Program-made: the position numbers and the translations under genes
Origin: Paraglomus brasilianum
Lineage: Eukaryota
Reading direction: 5' to 3'
DNA: 55,191 bases
Assembly (NCBI GenBank): GCA_910592345.1
Contig: CAJVPI010000095.1
Location: forward strand, 1 to 55,191
Shown here: positions 24,790 through 38,570 of the stretch, piece after piece
Numbering within the stretch: position 1 is the first letter of the stretch
Layout of the letters: every line of letters begins with the position of its first letter
Notes under the pieces: generated by a model
Seen by the model: only the letters and a program-made list of their open reading frames with translations
Told to the model about the DNA's origin: nothing
The model's database searches: none

Positions 24790-26297
24790 GTTTTTGCGGT
24801 TCTTTTACGAAGAGTCGACCTGATACCAACGTCTGGTTTTCAGAATGGAATTATTGTAAACATACAGTGTATTCTAATAGTTCACGAAAAGATAGTGAGA
24901 GAAGCCCTTCTTCACATAAAGGTGAAGGCAAATTTCTAGAAGCACGGTATTTTAATCTTATCAATAAAGTGATATACAGTACAAACACTTTATGCTACAC
25001 GCTTACTTCGTATTCATAGCATATCTTATTGTCTATTATGACCTCGTATAACGTAGAATGTCTCACGGCACTATATGCTGGCTCATGCCGAAGTGAAGAT
25101 GCTTCATATCTAATTAATATCGTCTCTGGACTTGCAATTCTATTGGATGATGATACAACACGTGTTCATAAATATAAATAGGTCATGTTCGCGCAACACA
25201 TCCCGCGTTAGATTCATAGATAACAAACAAACCCTTCATATTACTTACCATACTACTATTAAAGAACATACCATCTTTTACACAGCTTGCTTATTTAACA
25301 AACGTATGGAGTACATCACAGGTCCCTTTAAAATAGAATTTGATCGCGCAGTAGAACTCAAATTAAAATCTGCAAAAACAGACTATTTCCATGTGAAACG
25401 AAGGAAACCTACAGATGCAGAGCTCGCTACACTGACCGCTGAATTCAAGGAAGAGACTGCTGATAAATTTGAAAAACTTGCTTGGAAAGCGGAAAAAGCA
25501 ACAGAACAATTTGAAGAAGAACACTTCAAGGTAGGTGATATGAACTTGCAGTTAATTGTAAGCGTTTCTGGCATGTTTACGGTAGTACATAAATCTCTTT
25601 AGAAATGCAATCGGAGAGCCTCGTATGGAGCAACTCGACAGCATCAGGAGAAATGGTGTGGGGATTTCAGGAAAGAGTACATAAATCGATGGTTAGCTGA
25701 CTTCGAATGTAATTTTAAGCGTAACCATAAACGTAAAATTCGATCTCAAGAGCTAATCTTTTATCCCGGTTATTGTGAGTGAGAATACAAAAAAAACCTT
25801 TACTTCAACAAACGCTCTTGTATGATATCCGATGCTTATCTTACTTGCTCCATAGTCACAGTACATTGGTTCTCTAATAAATGGAGACCTTTAGCAAGCT
25901 ATTTCAAAGATCTCGGAATCTCGCAACCGATGAAAGTCATAATACGACGGTAAGCAAGCTTTTTTCTCTTATTCCTATCTTTCTTCGTATGATATCTCAA
26001 ACATGTCCTCAACCCTTTCTCACCAGTCGACATCCGGCACATTATTGCTTTGGCAAACTTCGTCATCCAATCTGGAGAGATGAAACCAATCTTAGTGATG
26101 TTGAATATGCTAAGCAAGAAGCATTACGTCTACGTCTAAGATATCAAATGATCCCCGCGGGCATTCCCAATGATCCGTTTAAATCAAGTTATGTTAGTGT
26201 CAAATACGATGCTTCAACCGATCCTGACATAGCTGAATATTTAAGGGTGAGAACATCAGAGACTCAAATAACAAATAGAGAGTGTTTGTGTAATTAG
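24790..26297 (+). CDS. Hypothetical multi-exon protein (5' end uncertain)
   Basis: Phase-consistent GT-AG exons: CLFNKRMEYITGPFKIEFDRAVE..EEEHFK / KCNRRASYG..FYPGY / FTVHWFSNKWRPLASYF..IIRR / RHPAHYCFGKLRHPIW..YLR. Confidence 0.65.
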
Positions 26298-26383
26298 AAA
26301 AAAATGTCTCGATCGATTACTTCGTTTATTAAAGAAATCTATTACCAAATTTTTCGTTGAAATAAACATGAGAACAAATACAT

Positions 26384-29297
26384 CTAGTCAAGCTCTTGTT
26401 GTACAAATGTTGGGTACTTTTCCATTACACTCTCCCAGGTGGTGTTCGCTTCCACAAGTTCCTTGAGAACGTCTAAGATTACATCCACCTATATATACGT
26501 GAAAGCAGTGAGTGGACGGTGAAAATAAACGCATTTTATGTTTACAAAATTATAGTTTACTATATCAAACACTTACATCCTCTCTGATCTGCTGAGTTGA
26601 ATCTCGTTCGCGTAGTGTCACGGTCCCATCATTCGTTGATTGAAAATCGATCGTGATGGCAAATGGCGTACCGAGTTCATCGTTACGCGAATACCGACGA
26701 CCGATGGAGTTTGAAGAGTCGTCTACCTTTATTGGAATGCTCAACTTTCGCAAACGGGAAGCTATACGGACAAGAGTCATCATATCAATGAGTGGTGCTG
26801 CAATTAACAGCACGAGTGCAGTTACACAAATGACTTACAGATGTCACGAACCAATGGGGCGAATGACGCGTTATTACTAAGTGGAACTAGTAAGCATTTG
26901 AAAGGTGCTACGCGTGGTGGGAAAGATAAAACCTGAAGTGAACGTAGAGCTAAAATTAATTCATGTTATAAAAAGTTTTGCAAACAACAAGTATTATGGT
27001 TACCGCTCTCTGTTCGTCTCCCTCACGCGTCCAGTGAACATGTTCAATTAGAGAATAAAGAATACGGCCGATACCAAATGACGGTTCTATTACATTAGGA
27101 GTATATTCTCGAACTAGAATATAAAACCGTTAGTCAATTCAGCATATACCACAAGTGCGTAAAATTTGTCAAGCACATCTATAAGGCTTATGTTATTTAC
27201 CATGTTCTGTAAACGTCTGGCGCTCAATAGTCAAGAAATCTGAACCGACTTCATATGAATCCCCATTGGGAAGGTTGACAGTAGTTTTACTGCATACGGA
27301 TTAGAAATTATCGACACATATTTCTTACATTACACGCAAACAGAGTCATGTTGTCAATTTGAAAATACATACCCTCCGTTACTTTTGATATCGCCCTTCA
27401 GCTTGTCCAGTTCTGCCTCACTCAGTCCTAACAAGTACGTCTCTAATGTCTTGGCATTCTGTCTAAACCTCGGTCCGAATATCTTCTTGTTAATATCCAA
27501 TACCGTCTTTTCATAAATTATGGGTTCAGATAAACTTTCCCTTACAACGAGCTTTTCACCTGTTCGGTTAGAATGCACTGTCAGATCATATGCAGATCTA
27601 TCGGCACATCCAACACATTCGATCCAACCCTGCATGAGTTAGGCTAATATGAGATTAAGTACTAACAATCGAAACACGATAGCAACAAATATAAAGGATT
27701 GATAACAAACATAGCTACTTTGGATCTCAGCATCCCAACAATCGCATGCATAATGGGCCATTTCATTTGACATATGTTGACGGAATCGAAGTCTTTGGGG
27801 ATTTATTCCAAGCTTGGTAAGGAAAAGCTGGATTCGAGCTAGAAAATAAGCAAGAGTTTGATTGTCAACTATTTTCTAGAATATAAAATTATAACGTCAG
27901 TTTCAAATATTCAACAGAATAAAAAATTCGCATATAAAAATTTGTGTAAGCTTCACCTCCTCGACAGCCTTGCCAATGGTTAACTCTTTTGGTTCAGTCT
28001 TCCCCTCCGATTGAATCGAACGGTCTAAAAGTCTCAGCTTGATATCTTTTACTTCATCAAATCGAGGATGATCCTTATTCAACGGGTCGACAAAGTGTTC
28101 AATCTCGGCCATGACAAATTCTCTAGCATTGTAATTGCACGGATTACACCACGTCATGTGGAAACATCAACAAAAGTGTTTGGGGTACGTACCTGACACG
28201 AAGTAATCCCGACCGTGGGCTTATTTCATTTCGAAATGATCGTCCAATGGATGCAGATGCGAATGGCATCTTATCGTTATTGAATTCGAGAAGTTTCTTG
28301 AAGTTGAGGAACTGACCTTGTGCGGTCTCGGGACGGAGGTAACTATTAATTAAGAAATTATTATAAGTAAATGACGTATCGGACAAAATGCCAGTCTCAG
28401 TAACGATTTTTACGATACCCTTTGAGATAACCAGTTGGTCCAATGCTACTCTCAAACATCAGATTAAATTCAATAGGATCCGTAAGATCCCCATCAGTCT
28501 CTGGATTCTTGATATTATGCTTCTTTATGATTTCACCAAGCTCGGGGCCGGTATAATTATCAATCTAAATAAGTCGCGTGACAAACCATTTACATCACTA
28601 ATTCAATCTCCTTATTTACACAGATCTTTACATATCGGTATTCTTTACTAACTTTTGCCAAGATCTCTTCATATTCTGCTTTGGTTGCACTATCCAGTTG
28701 AACGGGCACAGCTTTCCCTTTCTTCTTTTTGGTATTACTTTTACCCGCCGTAGCAGGTAAAGTAGCGGTTGACCTCGCTTTCTTATCCCCATCTAAACGC
28801 GTCTCCAATACACCTTCTATCAGATGATCAGCTCTGAAAATTTCACCACTTTGTGAATCTTTGACCATCCAATCTGCGAATTTGTCCACATGACCAGACG
28901 TTTTTAGTACGTCATGTGGAGTCATGATAGAACAATCTACTTCTAGCATATCCTCCTCAAGCACGAAATGCTTGCGCCACGAATCAAGTATGTTGGCCTG
29001 GAGAGCACAGCCTGGAGGGCCATAGTCGTATAGACCAGCGACGCCTGTGTTGTTAGAGAGAAGGAAAGAAGAGTAAGCTTATGCGAGTCTACGAACTAGG
29101 GTGCGAGAGGTGAGTGCATTACCTCCATATGCCGAAAAAGAAGGAGCAAAGAAGAAGCGTTTCTTTAATAACTCTTCGAGTGATGCTCTGCTGAATTCTG
29201 CCATGGGGTTTCGTCCTACTTTCTTTCGCTGTACAAGGCGCGTCGCTGCTGAAGAAAATGAATATTTGAGCAAACGATGGATTCGGTGACAGTGCAT
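26384..29297 (-). CDS. GRS1: Glycyl-tRNA synthetase (eukaryotic homodimeric type), multi-exon, with two in-frame ATGs (29297 and 29204)
   Basis: [117 protein letters not shown]. Confidence 0.97.
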
Positions 29298-30175
29298 TTT
29301 TTAGAGTGAATAGCAACTGTGCCACAATCGTCCTGAACGCCACAACAACCTCTACGTATCATGTGACGACTTGTCTGTTTTTTCGAACACATTACGGGAT
29401 CATATTTCTCAATTAGAGCCTCCTCAACTTTTAATACAAATTACTTGTAGGTTTCAGCCTCTCGATCCGACTGGCATACATGACGTTGAGCCATGGGTAC
29501 AAAATAACTGTGACAGGTCTGTTCGTTATATAAGGATTAGCTAGTTTTTGTCGTTGACGACAATGCAGTATAACATGGCGTTAATAAAAATGTCAAAAAT
29601 TTATTTAATCTGTAAATATACATCGTCCTATAATAATAATAATAATAATAATAAATCTTAAACCCATTCACTAAGAGCGGCTAATACTAAGGACATACCT
29701 CGTAAAAACACACTGACGATCGCTTTATCTAAATAATATACTGATTAATCAAGAACGATTTTTAGTTATTACTCTAATATTAGAGCTATTCTAATGTTAG
29801 ATTATATAGCGTGTTGCACTGTTCCTAATCGAATATTTTGCTATTACATTAAACTAATAAGTAGTCTTGAGTTGTATAAGCTGTTGCGTTGTATGCACAG
29901 TTTTCAGCTGAGGTTTGGCCGCGAACCGAAGCGTACTTGCTACAAGGTGTATTTGTCAGACAGATTTTTTATCATATTAGTCATTGGATTGACAAACTTA
30001 TTCAGGAATGGCAATCGAAAGAAACATATCAATATCTGCAACTACAACTATGGTAAGTGTCTTGCATCATTGTGTTCCACGTGTCGCATTTTAGGATTGT
30101 GGCTGATCTTTTTGTGGCTTAAAAATAATAAATAACTCGCATTCTTATGGATATCATAATTTTATTTTCCTTATC

Positions 30176-31652
30176 ATGACACAACCATCATCAGCGTCGC
30201 TGTCTGTCGAAGATCTAACACGACTTTTTTCCGGGAACTCTGTTTCCGAACCTCAGGCTGTTCCCATGAACAGGCATTACAAAGCATCCCCACTTATGCA
30301 AATGTCACTAGAAGAATCGCAAGAAGTTCGGAGACGACGAGCTTTAGAAGAACAACAGAGAGTATTAATCTTCAGTTGCGATTTGCGAATGCTTTAAGGT
30401 TAGAGACACAATTCAGCAATAATGATCTTTTTTTACTTAGAGACGACGCGACTTTACTGATCATGCACGTAGGTTGGTGCTTTATCAAGCAATAAAGCTG
30501 TCTGACGAGGAACAAGACGAGGAAGGAGAACAGGATGTCGTTGAAGCTAAGACGGAACCTAGTCCAGGAGAGGCAAGTAGCTTAATGGAAGGACTAACTG
30601 TCGAAAAAAAGTCTTTACGGCCGAAAAGAGTAAGGCCTCATAAAAAAGCCAAGAACAAGAAACTTTATAGGTAAGTCTCATCCCATCAAAAAAAAAAAAA
30701 AAAAAAGACAAGTAATGTACACTAACGGAATTATAATTATTTTTATGTTTAACATAGTAACCAGATTATGTATGCTGAGTGGATGTTAGAAATCCCTGCT
30801 GACTTACAGGAGAATTGGCACGTTGTCCTGTGTCCTGTTGGAAAGCGATGTCTTCTGACAACAGCTAAAGGTATGATGTTACCACCGGTGTATATTGACG
30901 ATTCATCCAAGTCTGCTTTCTCACATCATTCGCATTACTGACCAACAGGGAAGACTACTTGCAGACATCGTCATGGTTAGTTATTTATTGATACAAGTCG
31001 GCTAGCATTTATTGTCGCTCTTTATTCATGATTCAAAACTGTTTTTAGGTTTTGTAATGAATGTCTTTGAATCTATACTACCTGCTGGATCACTTTCCTA
31101 CAGAGGAAACAAAACAACAGACTATTGTATATTAGATTGCATTTTTGACCAATCGACATCTACGTTCTATGTCCTAGACTTGATGTGTTGGAAAGGCCAT
31201 CCAATATACGATTGCGATACAGAGTTCAGGTATAGTTTAAAATACTATTCTGTATGGCACGCGCAATCTAGTTTACTTGCTTGCCTTTTTTCTATTACTG
31301 TTATTCAATATGTTTTATAATTCTTTCTCTCAGATTTTACTGGCTGCAGGCGAAGCTCAGTGAACTTGATTATTCAACCAACACGTCAAAATATTCATTT
31401 AAGCCACTCACTGTATTCACTTGCCTGCCTGAACATGTCGCGATGCTTTTGCAAAACCCTAGACAATTTGGATACGATCCGGATGGGCTATTATTTTATA
31501 ATCGGAAAACTCAATACGTACTCGGGGATACGCCGCTGTGTGGATGGGTTGGAATGGAGAAAGCGTACGAAATATTTGGATCATTACTCGGTATTAGTCC
31601 TAACATTCCAACGGAATTGCCCAATGAAGAGATGAATATGGAGTTAATTTAA
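30176..31652 (+). CDS. SNUPN: Snurportin-1 (m3G-cap snRNP import adaptor), multi-exon
   Basis: IBB-like QEVRRRRALEEQQRRRRDFTDHARRL, then [65 protein letters not shown] and TPLCGW. Confidence 0.92.
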
Positions 31653-31998
31653 GCACTGGAATAATTATACTGTGATAAGTGAATGCATACTGCAGAAAAT
31701 TATTGTACAAAACAGAATTATATTAGAATTTGCTTAATACTATAACTAAAAAACAAGGATACCATTATCTTTATTATGATTTTTGGCTTGCGTGAATTAT
31801 TACCATGTCCCGAAATGCCCTGAGCTTATGTTAAACACTTGTTGCTGTGTATACAACAACTGAATCAGAAAAGGCCAATATGACATTCAAAGTTTCATTT
31901 TAATCTGGACACAATAATCAATGTTGTCGAAATAATTGATGTTCAATGTGTGATGTAACACGAGAAAACTCTTTCATTCAACAGTCCAGAGGTTAAGG

Positions 31999-34575
31999 AT
32001 GCATAATCCAGCACTTGAGAACTTGATTCAATCCTCCTTAACAAGAGTTAACAATCAACTTGAATGGATTCCTTGTTCTGAAATCACTGATATTAACTCA
32101 ATTCCAACAGACGCTATCTATTACGCTACTCGCAAACATGAAACGATAATATTGGTATTACTTGGAAACAGCGAAGAATGCACACAAACTTCAGTGAGTG
32201 AGTTTGCTAGAATATACTCACTTCCGACACACAAGTACAACAACGACGTTAATCAGTTCAGAAGATACAAAAGATGGCTTGAAGAACGCAACAAACACAT
32301 TATTGGGTTTACTAAGTCTAATGGCAACTATTACATGGCTACTCATCTACGCTTCTACCTTTGTTATACTCTATATGGATTCTGCCCTGCATGTGGAATA
32401 CTTCGATGTAGTCCAGTGTGGTGCATTTGTGGTCATAAACAATTATCCAATGGATTGACTAGCAACAATAAGCGACTCGATGAGTTTATTAAGAAATCTC
32501 AACTACAAACAAACTCACCAAATGATGCCTATTTGGAATGGATATTTGGTTGTATTGGTGATTGGAGAGATAATGGAGAATACTTGTTTGGTCTACCTAC
32601 TACTAGTACTGGAGATATTCAATTGATTCCACTTGAAATAACCGATGAGACAAATGGTTCATATTATGACAAGGTAACTAATTACTTATACGTCATGTTT
32701 ATTGAATAATTTAAATAATAGTTGACTTAACATAGCCTAATATTTCCACTAGTTATGTGATGAGCATCCAGATATTCTCATCAGTAATGTTTGGATAACT
32801 ATTGGATTTATATACGATGTAAATAAACAGAGCTATTATCTAATTAAATCTGAGAGTGGATTATGTCTGGCGTGTACAAATCCACTATCGTCTAAGATAA
32901 ATGCATTCTGTTGTGAATGTAAAGCACCAAGACCTCTCGATTGGACTACGGGCAACAAGTCTTTGGATTCATTCATTATGGAATCATGGAGTAATACGCG
33001 GAATATATACGATGCCTATATACAGTGGATTGAATACTCTCTATTGACAAACGTACGAGCAATGACATCATTACACCACGGATGCACACATATAGCAGAT
33101 TGGTTAGATCCAGTAACAAATGAATTGACACGAGTGACACTCAAACCGATAGTTGATGCGCAGTCGTTTGATTTTTATCAGGTAATTATTTCACGCAAAT
33201 AGTGTTATTAACCGTTTTCGCGCGTTTAAGTTGATGGTTGATGAACGACTGTGTTGTTTATTAAATAGCTGACTGAAGAATATCCGGAGATATTAATGCC
33301 CGATAATATTTGGATCATTGGTATCACTCGAGAACCATCTACTCGAAGATATTATTTGGTGTTCTACCACGACGTACATGCAATATTGGACAGATTTACA
33401 CGAATTAATGAAAATGTAAAGTATATGCAGTATGGCGACTTTGAAGAGATTAAAGAGATTGGATCTGGTGGTTATGGAACAGTCTATACTGCCAAATATA
33501 AAGAGCATTGGAAAGATATTAATATGCCAGAAATTGTTGTCCTCAAGCATTTCAAGTGTTTTGGTGAAATACCGGAATTATTTATTTCCGAGGTAAATAA
33601 TAATTGGTATTATTGATTAGAGTGATATTTAAGCTGACTCTGTATTTATTTTATTTAATAGTTCAGAAATCACGCCAAGTGCACAAGTGGTTATTTCCTT
33701 AAACTTTATGGAGTCACACAAGACCCAGAAACAAAAGAGTACATGATTGTTATGCAATATGCTAACAATGGTAGTCTTTTGTCTTATTTGGTTCAAAATA
33801 TTAACAAATTGACGTGGAAGATGAAATTATATCATTTGGCACATATTGCATTACATCTGAGACATATTCACAATGCGGGATTAATGCATTGTGATCTTCA
33901 TGGGGGAAACATATTTTTGCATTATCGCAAAGATAACATAAGCACAGACCCATTGATATGCGATCTTGGTCTTTCTCAATCGGTGAATTCACATCAACAA
34001 AATTCAATCATTCGAGGCGTTTTACCTTTTATTGCACCGGAAGTCTTCCATACTTGCAAATTTACTCAAAAATCAGACATATATGCCTTTGGTATTATCA
34101 TGTATTTGATGGCCACTGGTGAACCACCATTTAGAGATAGAGAATATGATAGAGATTTAGTATGCAATATTTTGAATGGACTACGACCACCAATGCCTGA
34201 TTCAGCACCAGAAGGATACAAGAAATTTGCCAAGCAGTGTTGTGATGCTGATCCTGATAAGCGTCCAGATGCAGAGACACTTTGGATAAATATTAAAAAG
34301 CTCAATCATGAGGTGGCTGAGGATAACTCTGATGGCAACACGTGGAATACTATCTATCCTAGCCATGTAAGACCCCTATCACGTCTCGAGAAGGAGAATA
34401 AATACTCTAGTAAGCTCTTACCTACAAGAAATTTACCTAAACCGAGAAATAGTTATTATGATTTGGATTCAGGTGCAGGTATGAAGACAACAATTGGTTA
34501 TAAATGAGGTCATTTTACAATATTAACATCGCCCGTCGATTTATAATTTTAGTGACTCAAACACTCTTTGAATAA
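31999..34575 (+). CDS. Glomeromycota-type tyrosine-kinase-like protein kinase with repeated Cys-rich/WTxGN N-terminal modules, multi-exon
   Basis: IGSGGYGTVY, VVLK, YGVTQDP, HCDLHGGN, ICDLG, GVLPFIAPE and KSDIYAFG. N-terminal modules LTSNNKRLDEFIKKSQ..AYLEWI and WTTGNKSLDSFIMES..AYIQWI. Confidence 0.9.
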
Positions 34576-36538
34576 ACTTGTAGCACTCCTCTTTTCAATT
34601 AGATACATGAATATCCATGTATTGATGTGATTTGTGGCAATACACTTGGTTTGACAAAAGTCAACGGACACTTTATATTTGGCATAGAGGAAGGGCTCGC
34701 AATTAAAATATCAAGTTTCTAAGTCTACGGTTCAAAACAATTTTCATTGCACGCCACAGTGTCAATCCGAAGGGGATTTGGGAGAGCTATTACGTGTTTG
34801 CGAATCGGGAATTAGTTGCACGTGCGAATTTTCTCTATACTTAACGCGAATATCTACTTTACTCGCCTCTTAAATTGTAATTCCAAAGTATCCGTCTGCT
34901 TCGGTTGCTGCACCAACGATTATATACAGCAATAAATTTTACGATCGAGGGAATAATTTAATATTAAATTCTAAGCTAATACTTGATTTGCGTGCTGACC
35001 AATTTTTGGGGCATAGAAACTCTGACGTTCTCTTTGAAAGTGAAACTATATACTAAATATAATATGTGATAATTATCATAAGCACTGTACTGTACTATCT
35101 AGTTCACGAGTATTCGAATAGAACTGCGTTATGTAATAATCGAATAATGACAGATCGTCCTGGGTTAATTTGGTAGAATTCACTATAACTCAACTTTAAA
35201 GAAATGTTCTCCTCATACTTTTAACCTCTTCTTGCGAGATTGCGAATTACTATAGTCTTTTTCACGTCAGTCAAATTCTGCTTATAATGGTTAAATTTTA
35301 AAAATGATTTTTAGCTTGAATTTGCATGGTTGAATGTGGCACAGTCAATTAGTCAATTGATTATAAAATCGACCAACTTCATTTTTATCATAGTCCGTAG
35401 ACATGCCGTCGTCGTTAAACTTTTCAAGTTAAAGGTATCTATCCTGTTCCCTCAATATAGTTTTATGACTTTATTCATTGACAATACTGTGGGAGAAAGC
35501 TTTTACAAACTTGCAAAAACGTGCTGACGGGTAAATTATTCTCTCGTATGTTGTTTATATATTACACGTTAATTGGTATTTTACGTGAGAGTCTCCCACC
35601 TCAAAAAGGTTGTCTTCGCTGAACTCCGTGACAAGATGGCGGTTTTGCAAAATCCAGACATTGTCACTCCGGTTCTCAAGTTTAAATAACAAAGACACTC
35701 ACGAAATGCCCGCGCTTTGTTTGAATGGAATAAGGCAAGCTTCAATGGCATCCCCGCATATTTCGGGACAGACTAAAGTGTCTATTATTGCAAGCCTTCT
35801 GGCGCACGGAGCCGTCGACTGTTTGGGTCTGAACATACTGTTTATTTTTCGAAACGCAATTTCAGCTTAAATTTTGCATTTGAAAATAGTTTGGTACGAG
35901 TCAATGTTATACATACGTAGTTGGATATTTGGCATCAACTAATACATTTTTTCTTACAGGACACAAAGACAAACGTGTGTTCCCGACGTCTGTAATGCAT
36001 TTTTGAGAATTAATAAAATTACAGAACACACATATGCTGTAGAGCTTGAGAATTGTTTCTATGCATTTTTGTAACAATAAGGATGGTGGGTTTACCAAAG
36101 TATATTTGACTCTAGATGCTAATGAAAGTAAAATAAAATAACATGGATTTTGTTTATGTCGCGTAAGGAATAGACATTGAAATAAATAAATTCCTTTGGT
36201 TACTTAGGCTTTTTATATTTCTTACATTATAAAATAGTCACTATCAACTACGTGGAAGAGGAAAACGGTCGGCATCTGATAATTAATATTAATCCTCACA
36301 ATATATAGCAACATGACGTATATTCATTCACAATTTCTGCGTAACTCCGATGGTATCACCAACCCTTCAGAATCGGCACAAGTTTACACACTAAGTAGGT
36401 GCCAGAAAACAAAACTTTGGTGCAATCTGGACCTGCAATACCGCAATATTAATAGCAGTCGTACAATAATTTAACTCTTAGATTAAGTTAGCACCTAGTA
36501 CAGTAGTCAACACAGGCGAAATTGACAGTTCGATTAGA

Positions 36539-37100
36539 TAGTGTGTAACAAAAAAAATAAAAATAAAAAATTTTCCGTTTTGTTAAAAACGCGTATAACT
36601 TTTCCAAAATAAATCCAATAAATGCAAACTTTTATGTTGAAATTTTAGCTCAACATACTCCTGAAACCAATCAGACGCTTGGTAAAGGTGGAAGTTCCAG
36701 CAGAACAATGACCCCAAGCATACAAGTAGAGTTGCTAAAGATTTTATTCAGAAAAATATTACACAAATTGTGGATTGGCCATCTAACAGTCCTGATTTAA
36801 ATTCAATAGGAAATCTTTGGTGTATCGTTAAATATAATGTTGAGAGAAGGACGCCAAAATTTATGGAAGAGGAATGAATGGCAAAATATTTCAGAAGCGA
36901 CTCTTATTAATTTACTCAATGAACGAAGATGTAAATTAACTATTGAGTGCAATGGTGAGCGCATCCCATATTAATTATTATTCAATAAATCTATGGGTTT
37001 TAAGCGTTTATTCAAACCAGCAAGCATAATAATTGACACAGTGGTTATCAAGTAATATCCCGATTTAAAATGTTTCTTTCTTTTTTTTTGTTACACACTG
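36539..37100 (+). mobile_element. Internally deleted Tc1/mariner element
   Basis: TIRs (T)AGTGTGTAACAAAAAAAA and TTTTTTTTGTTACACACTG|TA. The interior encodes FQQNNDPKHTS and DWPSNSPDLNSIGNLW. Confidence 0.85.
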
Positions 37101-38244
37101 TATATACGAGGCGCAACTTTCCGATAGAATTAATCATGTTTGCATCATGTCACTTAATAAGTTTGATCATATTTATGCTCTTTAAATGTAATGTTCAATT
37201 AATATTTTATTACAATAAACGAGTAGTTCTTTTATACTCAAATACATTATTAATGATTGTTCTCTGGTAAATTACGGCATAGCTGAGAAACTTTATCATT
37301 TATGGGTATTTGCCTCTTGTCCCGTGATTACTCTCGTGGCAATTACGATAAATGTTCACTTAGCAACGCGTTGAGAATTATACGAACATTCAGAACTATA
37401 GATCATCGAAACTAATCCCATCGGCGGATAATCTCGAGAAACGACGTATTTACGTCTATAAATCGACTATTAGAGAGTCGTGAATAAGTAAAGCCTGATT
37501 GAAAGGTCACCAACTGTCATCATAATTAACTTAGCGAGTAGGAGTAGCCACAACTTTGTTAAAAGAAAGTTAAATTCCAATTGTCAATAGTATCCGCTCT
37601 CCCGTGACCGTTGACACGACAATACCCACATATTATTCCGAAGCCTCCAATTCCACATTCACCTCCACAACATAGGTGATAGTAAGATTTGTCCATAGAG
37701 CCTCTTCAAGAATTTCCTGACATCTTGAAAATTTCCCAGTTGACAAGTCAGTTTGTTCTGGACCCTAGTTTTTTTTTCTTAATTTTCCCTAGTCTTGTCA
37801 TAAAGTAATTATAGGGGAGACTGCATGCATAAATAATGTGCGAAATTGCAGATCCCAAAGTTTTAATGATTGGGGATGAAAAGTGTAGGTGTTGGATGCA
37901 ACAAGATGCGTATTTGGAGTTAAAATAGCGAATAGTATCGTTCCGTTTAATTATTTTTCACGTTAAACATGATTTATTCTGAGCGAGTAATATCCGTTTA
38001 TTGAACAAGGTGTAAAACAAATAGTTTTCTTTACTCACTTTTGTTACGAGGTTTAAAAAGTATTTTAAATTTTTCATTTATAATCTTTTCGTTCGAACAA
38101 ATCAGTTTCAAAATCGCTTGCAATAAGCTAACAAAGTTTTATGACAAAATGTTTCGTCGATTTTCAAGGACGTTATGCAGGATAAATCATGTTTATTTAC
38201 AATTAGGGACGGTTGTTGAAGCAAAAATCATATGTTTGGACAGA

Positions 38245-38570
38245 CTTTTAGGTAAATATTCTAAATCACCATCAATGTCAGTTTCAGAAATTTTAAGCAT
38301 AGTTATCTTTAAAGCTTCTAGTGAACTATATGCTTATAATATTTATTCAAAATATGTAACGTATCTTTACCATATTTCATATTTAATATCATTAGGTAAA
38401 TGAATACCAATGATTAATCTTTGTAGTTCTTTAATGAGATTTTTTTGAATGTCCAAAGGAGGAAAATTGTTATTAGATATATAAAAAGCTTCTAAATGAA
38501 TATTGTTAGTTAATATTAAATCAATATCTGTTAGATAATTGTCACGACAAGAAAATTCAACTATTGTTTA
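38245..38570 (-). pseudogene. Leucine-rich-repeat gene remnant
   Basis: VEFSCRDNYLTDIDLILTNNIHLEAFYISNNNFPPLDIQKNLIKELQRLIIG, then after stops AYSSLEALKITMLKISETDIDGDLEYLPKSL. Confidence 0.65.
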
